A stretch of DNA of 64,000 nt from Bispira polyomma (GCA_965649765.1 OZ287748.1:58032001-58096000); one strand, 5' to 3'; positions 50,270-63,135 are shown, counted from the first letter of the stretch. Numbers and translations are program-made. The notes: generated by a model from the letters alone, not told the origin.

Positions 50270-51292
50270 GTCCCTTTTTTGTTACAAGTGCTGGTTTTGT
50301 GTGTGCCCCCACACGACTCGCATACATGCTTAAAATATGTGTTGCCCGTTTTGTGGCTGTTTGGAAATCTACACGAGCCATCCTGGAAAAATCTACAATT
50401 TGCTGTACCCTGCTTATTAGCCGAGGTACTATTTCTAGTACCAGCCCAACCAAAGTTACTCTGAATTGAATTAGAGTTCGACACGTGATGTTGGGCGTGG
50501 GCTCTTCGGAGCCTGTCAAGTTTGTCCACGTCTGACCAAGATAGCTTGTCTATTTCCATATGGGTTAGGACTACCGCATGGCACGCTTTTGCGGCTTCCC
50601 ATGAAAAATCCTCCGAATCTTCCATTAGGTTTGCCATGTATTCAAGCATGGTTTCCCTTATGGACTCTGACTTCTCATCTTGCACAATTCTCAAGAAACC
50701 ACAAACCCATTGACTCATCGACAAGTCATCATATGTAGGCCTGGAACGAACGCTGCCTGTGAGGACATGGTTCTGGGGCCATTCAACTATACATTTTACA
50801 ACAACATCAACACCCCCCCCCCCCTTTGAGATTTCAATTTACCTTGGGTGGGGCCTTCATTCAACCGTTTTAGATCTGCCAAACGCAACTCGACCTGTGT
50901 CTGAATCTGTGCATTAGTTTTCAAGAAATCTACAGTAGGCATTATATTTTCCAATACACTCTCAGAAGCTACAGTATTAGTAACTGTCGGAACATTACTG
51001 GTGACAGAGGTACTAGCCTGATTTTGAACTCGTTCTCCCGCCAACGCTGCCTCCGTGAGTTGGACACGCTGATCCATTCTTTCCATCATATTGCTCATGG
51101 ACTGTAGTTGAAGCAAAATCTGACTACTAATTTGATTCACACTACCTTCCAGAGCTGTGGTCTCAGACGTGTCCTCCTCATCGGCGACAGCCTTGACAGA
51201 AGCCTGTGAAACGTCCCAGAGTACAAACAACCCGCACCCACCGGACGGGCATGTTTTCCCAAGCATTTCGAGCAATTAACAATTGGAGGCAT
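50260..51292 (-). pseudogene. DIRS gag-like ORF1 with two frameshifts (one at a 12-C run, 50813-50824)
   Basis: N-terminal MPPIVNCSKCLGKHARPVGAGC; C-terminal CRFFQDGSC..H..HVCESCGGTHKTSTC zinc fingers. Confidence 0.75.
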
Positions 51293-52629
51293 TGTAAAAC
51301 GTAAAAGTTACAAATAAAAATATAAAACAGACTAAAAACTTTTTCACCATCTGTTATAAAATACTAGTTGCTTCGTTGGTGTTATTGTGTAAAAAAAAAA
51401 AACTTGATATGAGTTTAAACGTTGCGCACAAAGTATTACACATCCAATATAATTTTTTTTATTCTTTCAAAAACTAATATTTGATAGGAATATCATTACA
51501 TCGTAAGGGCATATATTTATAAGATTATTTATATAGTTAATGTTTGGAACACAGTAGGTAAATAGGAAAAGATCGCGGTAAAATATTTATTAATTAAAAT
51601 ATTGAGTTCTAGACTGCTAAGATTTATAAGTTAAGATATGGAATATCTAGGGCATAAGGTCACCTTAAGTTAAGTGAATATTGAAATTCAAGTTTAAGTA
51701 AATTTTGAGTTAAATTTAGAGTTTGAGTCTAAACTTAAAGATCAAGTTCAGTTTAGGTTAAAGAATTTCAATTTTGACTTTAGGGTTTAAGTCTAAACTT
51801 GAAATGAAACAGTACATTATGCACTTATGTACTGCAAGGGGATCTTATAAGTCCAATTTTTAATATAATACTGTTGATAAATTTTATGTTGTATAAGTTC
51901 AGCTGACCATTGAATTTGGTCCACCAATTCAGACCACCAGGGGAGTAGCTTGGATTTTTCATTTGCTACTCTACAATTTATCCCAATGTCATGATATTAG
52001 GTTTGTCATGATATTAGGTTTCTTATTGCTACCATAAATTTGATTCGGCGCTCACTCTGTCATTAATTATTTTTTCGTTCTGTTTGCTTTAGTGCTACTA
52101 CCATAAATTCATGTGGGGGAAGGGGAAGGGGGATCAATTGGTTATTACAGTTTATGTTTTTGTCATTAAATTGGTACATCTGGGCTTACCTGCTTCTACA
52201 CTAGCTACACCCTTTGACCACCAACAAGTACCACACTCTATACAGTCTTTTGACTGCACACTGTACTATTTTGAGCTTGGTTGTTTCTATTCAAACATAT
52301 TTAAGCCAATATTCAGCATTTTGTGTGCGCATGTCTAAAAGGAAAAAGAGCACGTTTTGATGGATAACAGAAACAAGTGTCCAAATCTTGCAAAATATCG
52401 GCAGTTTCCTTCCACTGTCAAAATTCATTAAATCGATTAATATCAAGCATTAATATAGGCATTCTTTGTCTATACAGAAAGGATTAACTGGATGTTCCTA
52501 ATTATAAGTTCATTTTAACAATAATTGTACGTTGTAATGGGTAATTTAACAAAATGTGGCTACATGATCCGTTTTAGTGGTATATTGTGTATCCTGAACT
52601 AAAGCACGCACACAATAATTTATACAAAG

Positions 52630-53040
52630 TGGCTGGAGTACTGCTAAATACTGTACTCTAATAAAAAGGATGGGGTATGGTTAAATACTGTACTTTAATA
52701 GAAAGGCTGTGGTATTATTAAATACCGTAATTTAATAGAAAGGCTTTGGTATAGTTAAATATCGTACTTTAATAGAAAGGCTGTAGTACGGTTAAATATT
52801 GTACATTAATAGAAAAGCTGGGGTACGTTTAAATACTGTACTTTTAAATACTGTACTTTAATAAAAAAAAAAAAAAGGGCTGGGGTACGGTTAAAAACTG
52901 TTAGTTAATAGTAAGGCTGGGATATGGTTAAATACTGTACTCTAATCAAAAGGATGGGGTATGGCTGAATATTGTACTTTAAAAGAGAGGCTGGGGTAAG
53001 GTTAAATACTGTACTTTCAGAGAAAGGCTAGGGTACGGTT
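52630..53040 (+). repeat. About 37-bp minisatellite, about 11 copies
   Basis: GGCTGGGGTACGGTTAAATACTGTACTTTAATAGAAA consensus. Confidence 0.9.
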
Positions 53041-53242
53041 ATTCAAATTTCTACCACATTAGAACAAAAATGTTACAGTGCAGTAGACAGAAAAAAAAAG
53101 GTTTAAGTTCACTTTAACAGATGAAATTAATTGTTAAATCTGCGCACCTTGTTGTAATTACGTTTGTCTGACCTATGACTCGGCAAGAATCGTCATCGAT
53201 GTGTTGCATTTTATAAAAGAATCATATGCAATATTATATTAC

Positions 53243-53517
53243 CTGATATGTACACATATTTGCTTTGATAAATATCTTATTATTGCTTGAGTGTCTTAGA
53301 AAAGCATATTGCCTAATGTTAATTGACATAATTCAACGAACCCATGATTTAGAGCAACTCATCACAAACAGTACTGTAGCCCACTATAGTAAAGTACGGC
53401 AAAGCGCATTTCAAGTGACTTGTTAGAGGACGGTTATCCATACCATAGCCACGCCCAAAGTTAAAATACAACATGTGTGATTGATAGCCCTGCCCTCCCT
53501 CCCTCCCTGGTTTTATA
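53243..53517 (-). promoter_or_regulatory. Candidate TATA promoter and non-coding first exon for the sulfotransferase
   Basis: TATAAAA at 53517-53511, Inr-like TCAATC about 33 nt downstream, CAG|GTAATA donor at 53242; acceptor ttttaaatAG at 45513-45514, 8 nt before the ATG. Confidence 0.3.
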
Positions 53518-56076
53518 CTTGACTCTGTTACTTTGGGCAGTGCTATCTTTATGGTAACTTTCATCTGGGTATTTTGGGTTTAACCCAAAAGTTATGCAAT
53601 GAGCTAAGTTTCTAAGTATGTCAGTATTTTCATAGTGAGTCTGATTTATAATTACATGATGCTTTGTACAGATTATTGTATTTAGTAACTATCGGAAATG
53701 GTAACATAATAGTATTATATGTCAATAAATTAGATATTACTAAACTAATGTGTTACAGTTCTCTACTAATAACTGTTAAGTGACCTATATAATTGTAAAT
53801 ATGTAATTAATTTCAAAAAAGAAAACTCCAAACATGTTACGTACAATATGTTTATTGGCTAATATTTCTATAAAAAAGGGTTAAATTATATACAAAGACA
53901 ATTTGCTCAGCATGGTATTTCTGGAACATCTGGAAATGCACAATATATTTTATTTCTGAAAGATCAATTTCCCTTTGGATATACTTCAATATAAAAACAC
54001 GTACAGAATCACCAATTTATATGTAAAATGTGCAAATATCTCTTAAAACAGAAAATAATGCTCCAAACTATGACAAATCTTTGCACTTTGGATATTAGGA
54101 TAAAATTACTGGAAGACATTTTTGAGGTTACAGTGCCTAAAAAATTTCTGGATGGTAGCATAATAATAATAATGACCATTAATAAGCACTTTCCACCTTT
54201 TCAGGAAAATTCAGTAGATAGATGAATAGTATATACATACATTTTTTTTATATGAATGATATCAAATATTTCATCCATTTAATATATCACAACTATGTGG
54301 CAAAGGTCTCATAGGAAATTTGTTGAAGGTCACACATCAAAAACTGTGCAAATATACAATAGCTTTGTGTTAGTAATTGTAACTTGGAAAACATCCTACC
54401 TATAGAGAAACCATAATCTATTTTTGAATGTAAATAGAATTATGTATTGAGATTTCAATACAATTTGTAATAACGTATTGATACATTTACTATTTTTTTA
54501 TGAATGACAAAGCAACAAAATACATTTGATGCTTAAATTGTTTTCTACAAAATAATTGTCACCAAATTCTTAAACATGACGCCTATATATTGAGCATACC
54601 TGGAGGTCTTAATAGAAAACAACTGCATTTTAAAGAGTGCTGTTTGTGATGATTTATAAATTAAATCTAACTGTAAATGTCAAACAAACTCAAACAAGTT
54701 TTGCACTTAGCCATATGGTGTATAATTATAACCACGTCTATAAATCAATTGTGAATACATATTTTCTTGTATATACATAACATCAAAGATATATAAAACT
54801 CTCATAAAAAATATGTTTGAGCTCACATTAAAAAACTGCATGAAGATATATAGATAATTACTTAAAACTTTCTTTGTACATGTTGCAGCTTGGACAACAC
54901 CCTACTAGTAGAAAACATTATTATTTTCTGAATATAAACGTATTTATATATAAATGATTATTCAATAAAATTTGTTATTTTTATAAATACAAAAGAATCA
55001 TATCCCATTGATGCTCATTTTTTTCTACACAATAATTGATACTACATTGTAAAATTTTATCAAACATCACTTGGAACAAAATAACTAAACTCATTGATGA
55101 TTATTTTTTCTGAACGATAATGTCACAACATTTTCAAATATATCAGGAACTTTCAGAAATAAGCTCAAGGCCTATCCATATCACAAAGCCTATATCACTT
55201 GACACGACCTTGTCATACCCATATAACTCCCTCTCTGGTAACTATGTAATTTCTGTCCACCAAAAAATGGAACAATTATTCTGGTTGTTGCACTTTTGAC
55301 TCTGCTAATACGGAGATTAAGCACCATTGCAGAATTGATTAGATGAGATTAATCAGTTGATCGATTTCAAGCAAATTGAAAACAGGCTTTACATTTATCC
55401 CTATTGTGTCAAATCTAACTACAATCTACAATATGTTAATTTACAATAAACTATTTATCGAAGTTGAATTCAATTCTCTTCTTATCGTTCACTATGTTTC
55501 TTTAGATTACCACATTAAACACTTAATGCATACACATTTATAAACATATACAAACCGACTTTGTACAAAAATATAGAGATGTTTGTTTTGTTTATGTATC
55601 AACTGATTTTCAATACTGGTATCAAACAGCTGTTATTTTACTAAAATTCTGAATTTAATTTGCCAGAAAATGTGAAACATGCTAAGATCATAGTTTTCTT
55701 CAAGTCTTAACTTAAAACACATCTATTAAATAGCTTTTGAAATATATTAAAATGTCAAAATAACTTGAGCGTTTTTCTTGGTGAAACCCATAGCTGTAAG
55801 CAGGGTCGTTAAATTAAAATTAAGTACTGTTTTATCAAACATTATATATTTTTATTATATTGTATAATTATTTTTTACTCAATGTTATATTGTAAAGCAC
55901 TTTAGAGCATTTCTATGAATGGATAGGGCGCTATATAAATCTGGTATATTATTATTATTATAATCAGTATTTTTTATTTTCCATTTAAAATTTCTATGCA
56001 CTATTGCCCATGACAGTATAATTATATTTAGACTCTTAAAATAGCATGCTCTATCAGTAATACATATTTATATTGC

Positions 56077-56418
56077 TCAAATAAATAGTCCAACAGCAAA
56101 GACAGAGAACAGTAGGAAATCCATACTCCAACAAGGAACCTTGAAAGCAGTGTTTTCAGATTGATCATTATCATCATCATCATTATCATTATCATCATCA
56201 TCATCATCATTATCTGGTATGTCAGTCAGTGGAGTAAATGAAGCCCCTGTGTCAAAGGATTCTATCCAGTTCTGATGGTGAGAGACCTCTGCATACACTG
56301 TGTATCCAAAACATTGAATGTTGTTGGTATCAAACGAAACAACCCAGCTCACAACACCCGCCTGTGTCCAGGTATTTGTAGAGCCACTTCTGCATACCAA
56401 AGGACCACCACTGTCTCC
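56077..56418 (-). CDS. Paralog last exon: GDSGGP, poly-Asp stalk, hydrophobic tail
   Basis: [60 protein letters not shown]. Confidence 0.9.
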   Translation of the reverse strand, partial: GDSGGPLVCRSGSTNTWTQAGVVSWVVSFDTNNIQCFGYTVYAEVSHHQNWIESFDTGASFTPLTDIPDNDDDDDDNDNDDDDNDQSENTAFKVPCWSMDFLLFSVFAVGLFI

Positions 56419-59400
56419 CTGTCAAAGTAAAAAATACAAGCCAAGTGCTGTAAGGTGTCTATCTGCATCAATGGTAAAGTAAATAATTTAACATAATTCT
56501 GCAGAATTATTGCAGAATTAATGCAAAATGTTGCAAAATTGGCAATATTAGCTGTAATTATTCAAAGAAAGTTCATTGATCTTTTATTATATTTACATTT
56601 GAAAACATGTAACAAGTAAGCTACATCTAACCTAAACAATCATTATTAACTGGCTTTTTAAAAGTTTTGCAATACAACAAATGTCACAGTTTAATTAATT
56701 TTATTTCACATAAATATTAGGCAGTTCAGCAATTTGCAGTACATTTATATTTTACAGATTATTTTGTGTAAATGATATTGTTTATACAGAAATAGTTTGT
56801 CTTTCTATTTATATTGATATATGCAGTGACTGGAATTATATTTTGGTCAATTTGCTCTACTGACCTGGCATGCATTTGTGAAATAATCCCCAGTACCGGT
56901 ACAGAGCATTGTTTCAGCATCATAAGGAAGAGGCTGTAAGTTAGTGTAACACATGCTATCACTAACTAGGGCAGTCTTCAGCTCTTGTAGTTTTATAGGA
57001 TATGAATTGGCCTCTTTATCTAAGAGAAAGTACTCACATATTACACATACATATAAAATAAGCAGATCCAACCCTGTTTAGAATAATGGCTTGTATATGA
57101 CAGGCAACCAGTGTTTACTTTCTTTTGATTATTATTATTCCAGACTTTATGACAAGATAAGGTGCCTATACTGACTTTTTACTCTATAGACACCTTCTAA
57201 TGCACTATTTGTTATTATTGAAACATATATTACAAGGCATTAAGTCACAAACCAGTACCAGAAAAAGATCGACATCAGACAACCTAGATATACTTTAGAG
57301 AAAGTTAGTGACAACTAAATTGTCTATATTCTGCATATACTATTTTGTTATTTTTCTTGGACTGCAACTGGGATTTGAAACATCTTAAAATCGCACTTGT
57401 CCTATGGCACAGAACAAATTCAGGTTAGGATCTCGAGATAACTTCCATGAGTTTTCTTTACGATTCAAAAAATTATTATGTTATAGAGACAGCTGTTGTT
57501 TTATAGAACATAAAAGCAAATACCACTGCTTCCATAATAAGCTTGCTGTACCACAGGACTGATGGACATAAAATGACATTATGGATCACATACAAAAATT
57601 AGTAATTGGTTTGTCCACTCAGGAAGTTTAATGTTTATAATACCCTCTAACAGGAGATAGAGACATTTCAACACAAATGTCAACACAAGTGTCATGGATC
57701 ATTGTGGTAGAGTGTATGACAAAACAAAAACAACATAACCAGTAAACTTAAATGACATAACTTACTCAGTCCACCCCATCCGGAAGTATAACATTCCACA
57801 AATTCATGTGGATGAAAGATCTCAGCTTCAGTTGCCAGACAAACAGGTCGGACATAATCATTGACTACAACAGCCTCACTCAGTTGTACAAGGGCAACAT
57901 CGTTGGCCAGAATTACATCATTATATTCCTAAAATAGAATTGCCACTTACATCAATTTGCTCAGAATTTTTCAGGACATTATACTGTGTTTATTTAACTT
58001 TTCAAAAGATTTCAGAGTGATGTGGAAGTGTTCTAGCTGAAATATTCCAGGAATACTTAAAATACACCTAAATAGACAAACGTCCCAAAGGATCTGTCAG
58101 ATGTCTTTCTTTTTAAGTGGTCATCCAAGCCATTATGTACCTGCCCGTACTTGGTCATCAAAGAGTAGGATTAAAGCAACATTCTCTGTGTCCCTAAGCA
58201 AATGTGTTACCCACAAGACCACAGTAGGGGATGCTATGTAGTTCCACCTCTAAATATCATATTATACCCATACGGCCATCAGATCAATTACTTGCATGTT
58301 CATTTATCAACATGTAAAGGATTTGTGTTTCCACATCGTTTCTATTAAGGAAACAGATTAGAGACTTTTCATTAGCTGGTAAGACTTAGATCCCATAATG
58401 TCCTGGCTGATATACTGATGAGAAACAACCACAGGTCCCATGTACAACTTATCCATATCTACCCATTGTAGGTCTTTGAGATAAAAATGGGTAACTGTGA
58501 GGGTTGGTAATATGGTGACTAAAATGCTGGCCAGAATTAAAACTGCCAAACCACGGCTCTGGCCTAGATGATGAGTTCACTAAAACTCTTACCTTGTGCA
58601 TAATAATCTGCTCAACATTTATACTCTGGAGATGCTCAGATTCACCATAGCTGAGAGTAGAGCCAAGTCGTACAGAATAGCGGGCTGGATCTGTAGCTTC
58701 ATGTACACAGTGAGCAGCCGTAAGGACCCACTCACTAGAAATTAGTGACCCTCCACAGATCAGAATTCTGCAAAAACATTTGTTCCACATTTCTGCATTA
58801 CTAATTTTAACTATATTTAGTGAAATAAATTACCACTAATTAATAAATACCTATGCGTGTTTTACTGCAATGAATTACAAGGATGATATTAATATGATGC
58901 TATTTTTTCCTAAAGATTAAGTCACTAATAGGAAATAAATAGTACAATGACAAGATTTTATATTTTATATTTAATATTTATATTAGGATGATATATTTGT
59001 TTAATTACTTGACACCAGTAATTATCAGCATGGCAGCATTTAAAAGCATATATTTTTAAATATAATTTTATGGGATAGCCCAATTTGAAATTGAATGTTT
59101 TTGGGCCTAGTTGGAAAGGCTAACTAGATAAATATGACCTAGGATGAACATTTGGATAATATTAAACTGCTGTTTGTGTGGTACCTATTGTACAGAACAG
59201 TTTTTTATGTTAAAAAATCCAAAACAAAGGTGTTTTTTTCAAAGCATGTCTGTTCTTCAACCATCATGTCAAAGGTTGATGGGTACTCCATTCCATTAAA
59301 TTCTTCCAAGTACATAAAATCAACAAGCTGATCATTCAAAATTTGTGGTTTAATAAATTACTGTGCTTTAACTGATTCACGGCAACTACTTCATGGTCTG

Positions 59401-62400
59401 TTAAATCCAAATACTGATCTTTGTATATCCAAATACTGAGGATGATGGCCTACATCGTGTTCTAAAGCACTTCGGATTGGACAATTAATTTTGAAGAAAC
59501 TTCTGATTCTTGATAATTCTTCTACACATAATCTAATCTAAAATAATATAATCAAACTTTTATACGGCTTTATCTCCATTAAGGTGGATTCTAAGGCGTA
59601 TATGAAATGTTCATATTCAAGTCTCATAACGTCCTTTTCTGAAAAGTGGTCGTATCCCAGGATACGCCTGAATGAATATGTAACTAGGGGGGAAAACCTT
59701 GGCAAACAAGTGTGTCTTAAGTTTGCTTCTAAAAGATGACAAGGTAGAGCAGCACAAATTTCTTGTGGCAGACTGTTTCATAGTTTGGTGCACTATAGGA
59801 GAAACCATGATCACAATGAGTTTTGGATTTGTGTATCGAAGGTGAGTAGATTGGAAACTGGAGAAAAACATTATCAGGATTTCTGCCCCTTGTCCAGGCT
59901 TGACATGTGTATCAAATAACAAAGAATATAAACTAATGTGGCAGCCTTGAACATAACCCGATATCTAATGAGAATAGGTGTTATATGTGAGAATTTAGCA
60001 GTGTTTGTAACTATTCTGGCTGGTGTATTTTGTGTGCAATGTAGTCCAGCAAAATCTCTTAAACTACCAAACATGAAGTTTGAAATACCATTGGCGACTG
60101 TGGTAGCAGTACTCCTGGATAGATACCTTCTGATCTTTTCAAGATCCCTGATGTTGGCAAAACATTATATGTGAAGGACAAATTAGAAATTAATATAACA
60201 CCCATACTTCTAACAATACTTTGGAAAGAGCATATTGCCTAATATATTGACAGGAAGAAATCTGGATAATTTTCCTTGTTGGGTTTTTGAGCCGAATAGA
60301 GTGAACTCTGTCTTATCGGGATTCAACTTTAATTTATTAGAAAGCATCCAGGCCCAAACATCAGTAAGACACTGTTTCAAACTATCAAAGGCCAAAGAGG
60401 GGTCATCCGAGGACAGATGGACGTATAATTGTGTATCATCAGCATAAAAATGGTATTTGATTGATTCATCTTTTTCAATTATACAGCTCAATGGGGTGGT
60501 GTACAGAGAGAACAGGCCTGGGCCTAACACAGAGCCATGGGGAACACGTTATTATAATTTTTATAGATAAGAAATATATTTTCTAATCCTGACAGCGTGG
60601 TATCTATTTGTAAGATAGGACTGAAATCAAACCAAACCATGAGGATAAATAATCCAAAAGAGTATTATGATATCAAAAGCTTTAGAAAGATCAAGCAGAA
60701 CCAATGCAGTGGGCAGGCCCTTGGACAGTGATTATGGTGTAATAATACAGTTCACCAGTACTTGTATTATTTGTGTGACAAACTTCAACTTACCCATCTC
60801 TTACAAGAGATATTTGCCAGGGCCAGTAACCTTCTAAGGCATCATCCCCTCTTACTATTTTACGCCTGTTATTTGCATTCACTACAGCCTCACTTCTTGA
60901 TCCACAGGCTGCATATTATAATACATAAAAGTTAAATTAATTTAGTCTGCCATTTTCTTTCATATTTGGTGCAAAAAGAGAATAGAGATAAATTTTATGT
61001 TTCTATACCATAAACTGAATTATACAGTAGGTTGAATTAACTAATATGTAAATAGAAACAGCACAACAAAATGGCATTTTTTGGAAATAAAATTTATATT
61101 AAACACATACCACGTTAATAACACCAATTTGATCATTTGTCAAACATGAATACTAAATATATCAGTTAGTTTGTATCCTACAGTGATGAAGTTTGATACA
61201 ATAGGTTATTGTGTTTAATTCATAGTAGTGGATATTTGTACAATACAAATTTAACTAGACTGGGTTAACCGATGCATATTTCTATCCACCAGAAAGACAA
61301 AGCACCCTAGGTAGCAAGCACCCTAGCTAGCAGCCTAGCTAGGAGCCAATGATTTCCTTTTTGGGCATTTATGCTAAAGTCTTAAATGCCACAAGTGGGT
61401 TTCACATTGCAAACTAGTGGGACCAATAATAAGTGTGAGATACGCAACATGAAAAGATTTCTAGGCCTTGATTTCGTACAGGTAGGTTTCACATTTGAAA
61501 CCTGTAGAACCAATAATAAGCGACATATAGGCACTTTTAAGTTTGGCCATCTGCATTTGAAATTGAAAGAGGGGCCCAAGGTCAAATCTGAGTACATGAA
61601 AAGATTCCCAGCTCATGATTTTCTATAGATTGGTTTGGCAGTCCAAACCTGTCGGACAAATTATAAGCGAGCTATAGGCACTTTTAAGTTTGGCCATCCG
61701 CATTTGACCTTGAACAAGGGGCCCAAGGTCAAATCAGAGTACATCAAAAGATTCCCAGCCCATGATTTTCTGCAGGTTGGCTTGGCACTCCAAACCTCTG
61801 GGAACAATAATAAGTGAGATATAGGGACTCTTAAGTTTGACTATACGCATTTGACCTTGAACGAGATTCCCAAAGTCAAATCGGTCTACATCAAAAGACT
61901 CCCAGTCCATGATTTCCTAAAGATTGGTTTCAAATCCAAAACCTGTTTGACCAAAAATAAGTGAGATATAGGCAGTTTTAAGTTTGACCATCGCTGTTTG
62001 ACCTTGAAAGAGGGGGCTAAGGTCAAATGTGAGCACATAAAAAGATTCCCAGCCCATGATTTCCTATAGGTTTGTTTCAGATCCCAAACCTCTAGGACAA
62101 ATATTAAGCGAGATATAGGCACTTTTAAGTTTGGCCATCCGCATTTGACCTTGAAAAAAGGGCTCAAGGTCAAATCGGACCACATGAAAAGATTCCCAGC
62201 CCATGATTTCCTATAGGTTTGTTTGAGATGCCAAACTTCTACAACCAATATTAAGTGAGATGTAGGCACCAGGGAAAGTTTGGCGAAAATCGGTCACTTG
62301 GGGTACTTTGGCACTCTGTTGACGACCTAAAATGAGGAGATTCAAGGTCAAATGTCTGCATGCTTATAAAGGACATATATATCCATTAAACACACCACCC

Positions 62401-63135
62401 GTAAAGAGTTTCAACATTCTACAGCTGAGAAACAGACACAGAGAAAAGCCTAATTATTTTCAAAGAAACGCCTGTGGCGGCAATCTTGTTTGTCAAAATG
62501 AGGGCAAAATTATTCCAAGGCAAGGTTTTGTAATGATGAACATTTCCTGTAAATTTCAGGAGCCTAGGTGTAAAAGTTTTCCCAGGAGAAATGGTAAAAT
62601 CTCTACACACACTGACGCGACGGGGGCGGCGGTGTGACAATGAATAATCCATAGTATCCACCGGAGTTACTCCTCCGATGGATACAATAACATTTGATCT
62701 AATATATTATGGGGATTAGCACATGATACAATATTACTAATTGTTAGCATTGCAAGAGCTTGATAATCGTCACTTTTCATTTGCAGGAAAGGTTTCTACA
62801 GATCCATATATGCAAGATATTTAGCAAATATTTCAATCCACTGTTAAAATTCTAAGCCTGTTTCTTTTCGCCGCACTGCGAAATAAATAATAAACTACAT
62901 CTAGACAAAAACTGCAAGATTTAGATAAAATAATTGATGAAATGTATCAGTTACTTTATTACTCTACCCGTAAACTTATTACCTATATTGGTAAATAAGT
63001 CAAAATTGCCATAGAACTGTCAAAAGGATGTGAATATATAATTATTTAAACTGTTTGTAATATTTCGGAAAATTTGGTTTCTTACCATCATATGCACATG
63101 TAAGTGTCACTGCTGATTCATCACAACTGTCTCCA
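56077..63135 (-). CDS. SRCR-serine protease paralog (3' six exons; 5' part not found, probably beyond the window) with acidic stalk and C-terminal hydrophobic (GPI-like) tail
   Basis: Exons 63086-63135, 60794-60908, 58593-58767, 57766-57928, 56865-57019, 56077-56418; GT-AG; same intron positions and phases as exons 11-16 of the plus-strand gene; catalytic triad intact. Confidence 0.88.
56865..57019 (-). CDS. Paralog protease exon
   Basis: PIKLQELKTALVSDSMC..MLCTG..NACQ; phase 1-0. Confidence 0.88.
57766..57928 (-). CDS. Paralog catalytic Asp exon
   Basis: LANDVALVQL..YVRPVCL..CYTSGWG; phase 0-1. Confidence 0.9.
58593..58767 (-). CDS. Paralog catalytic His exon
   Basis: ICGGSLISSEWVLTAAHC; phase 2-0. 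Confidence 0.92.
59530..60730 (-). mobile_element. Decayed L2 LINE in a paralog intron
   Basis: YHFYADDTQLY, LKLNPDKTEF, FRSKLKTHLF. Confidence 0.85.
60794..60908 (-). CDS. Paralog activation exon CGSR..RRK/IVRG..WPWQISL
   Basis: Phase 1-2, AG/GTAAGT. Confidence 0.88.
61252..62690 (-). mobile_element. Helentron-associated interspersed element (HINE/DINE-1-like) carrying about 6 copies of a 147-bp satellite
   Basis: Minus-strand 5' TTATTGTATCCATC with nearby inverted GGTGGATAC, 3' subTIR GGTGGATAG and CTAGTT end; units at about 61518, 61666, 61812, 61959, 62107, 62253. Confidence 0.7.
63086..63135 (-). CDS. Paralog SRCR C-terminal exon
   Basis: GDSCDESAVTLTCAYD; phase 2-1; ttttAG / G|GTAAGA. 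Confidence 0.75.

Larger units (their letters stand above)
45942..51340 (-). mobile_element. Tyrosine-recombinase retrotransposon (DIRS order, Ngaro/PAT-like; no methyltransferase seen), near full length; ends approximate
   Basis: gag-like ORF, RT/RNase H and YR in order on one strand. Confidence 0.88.
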
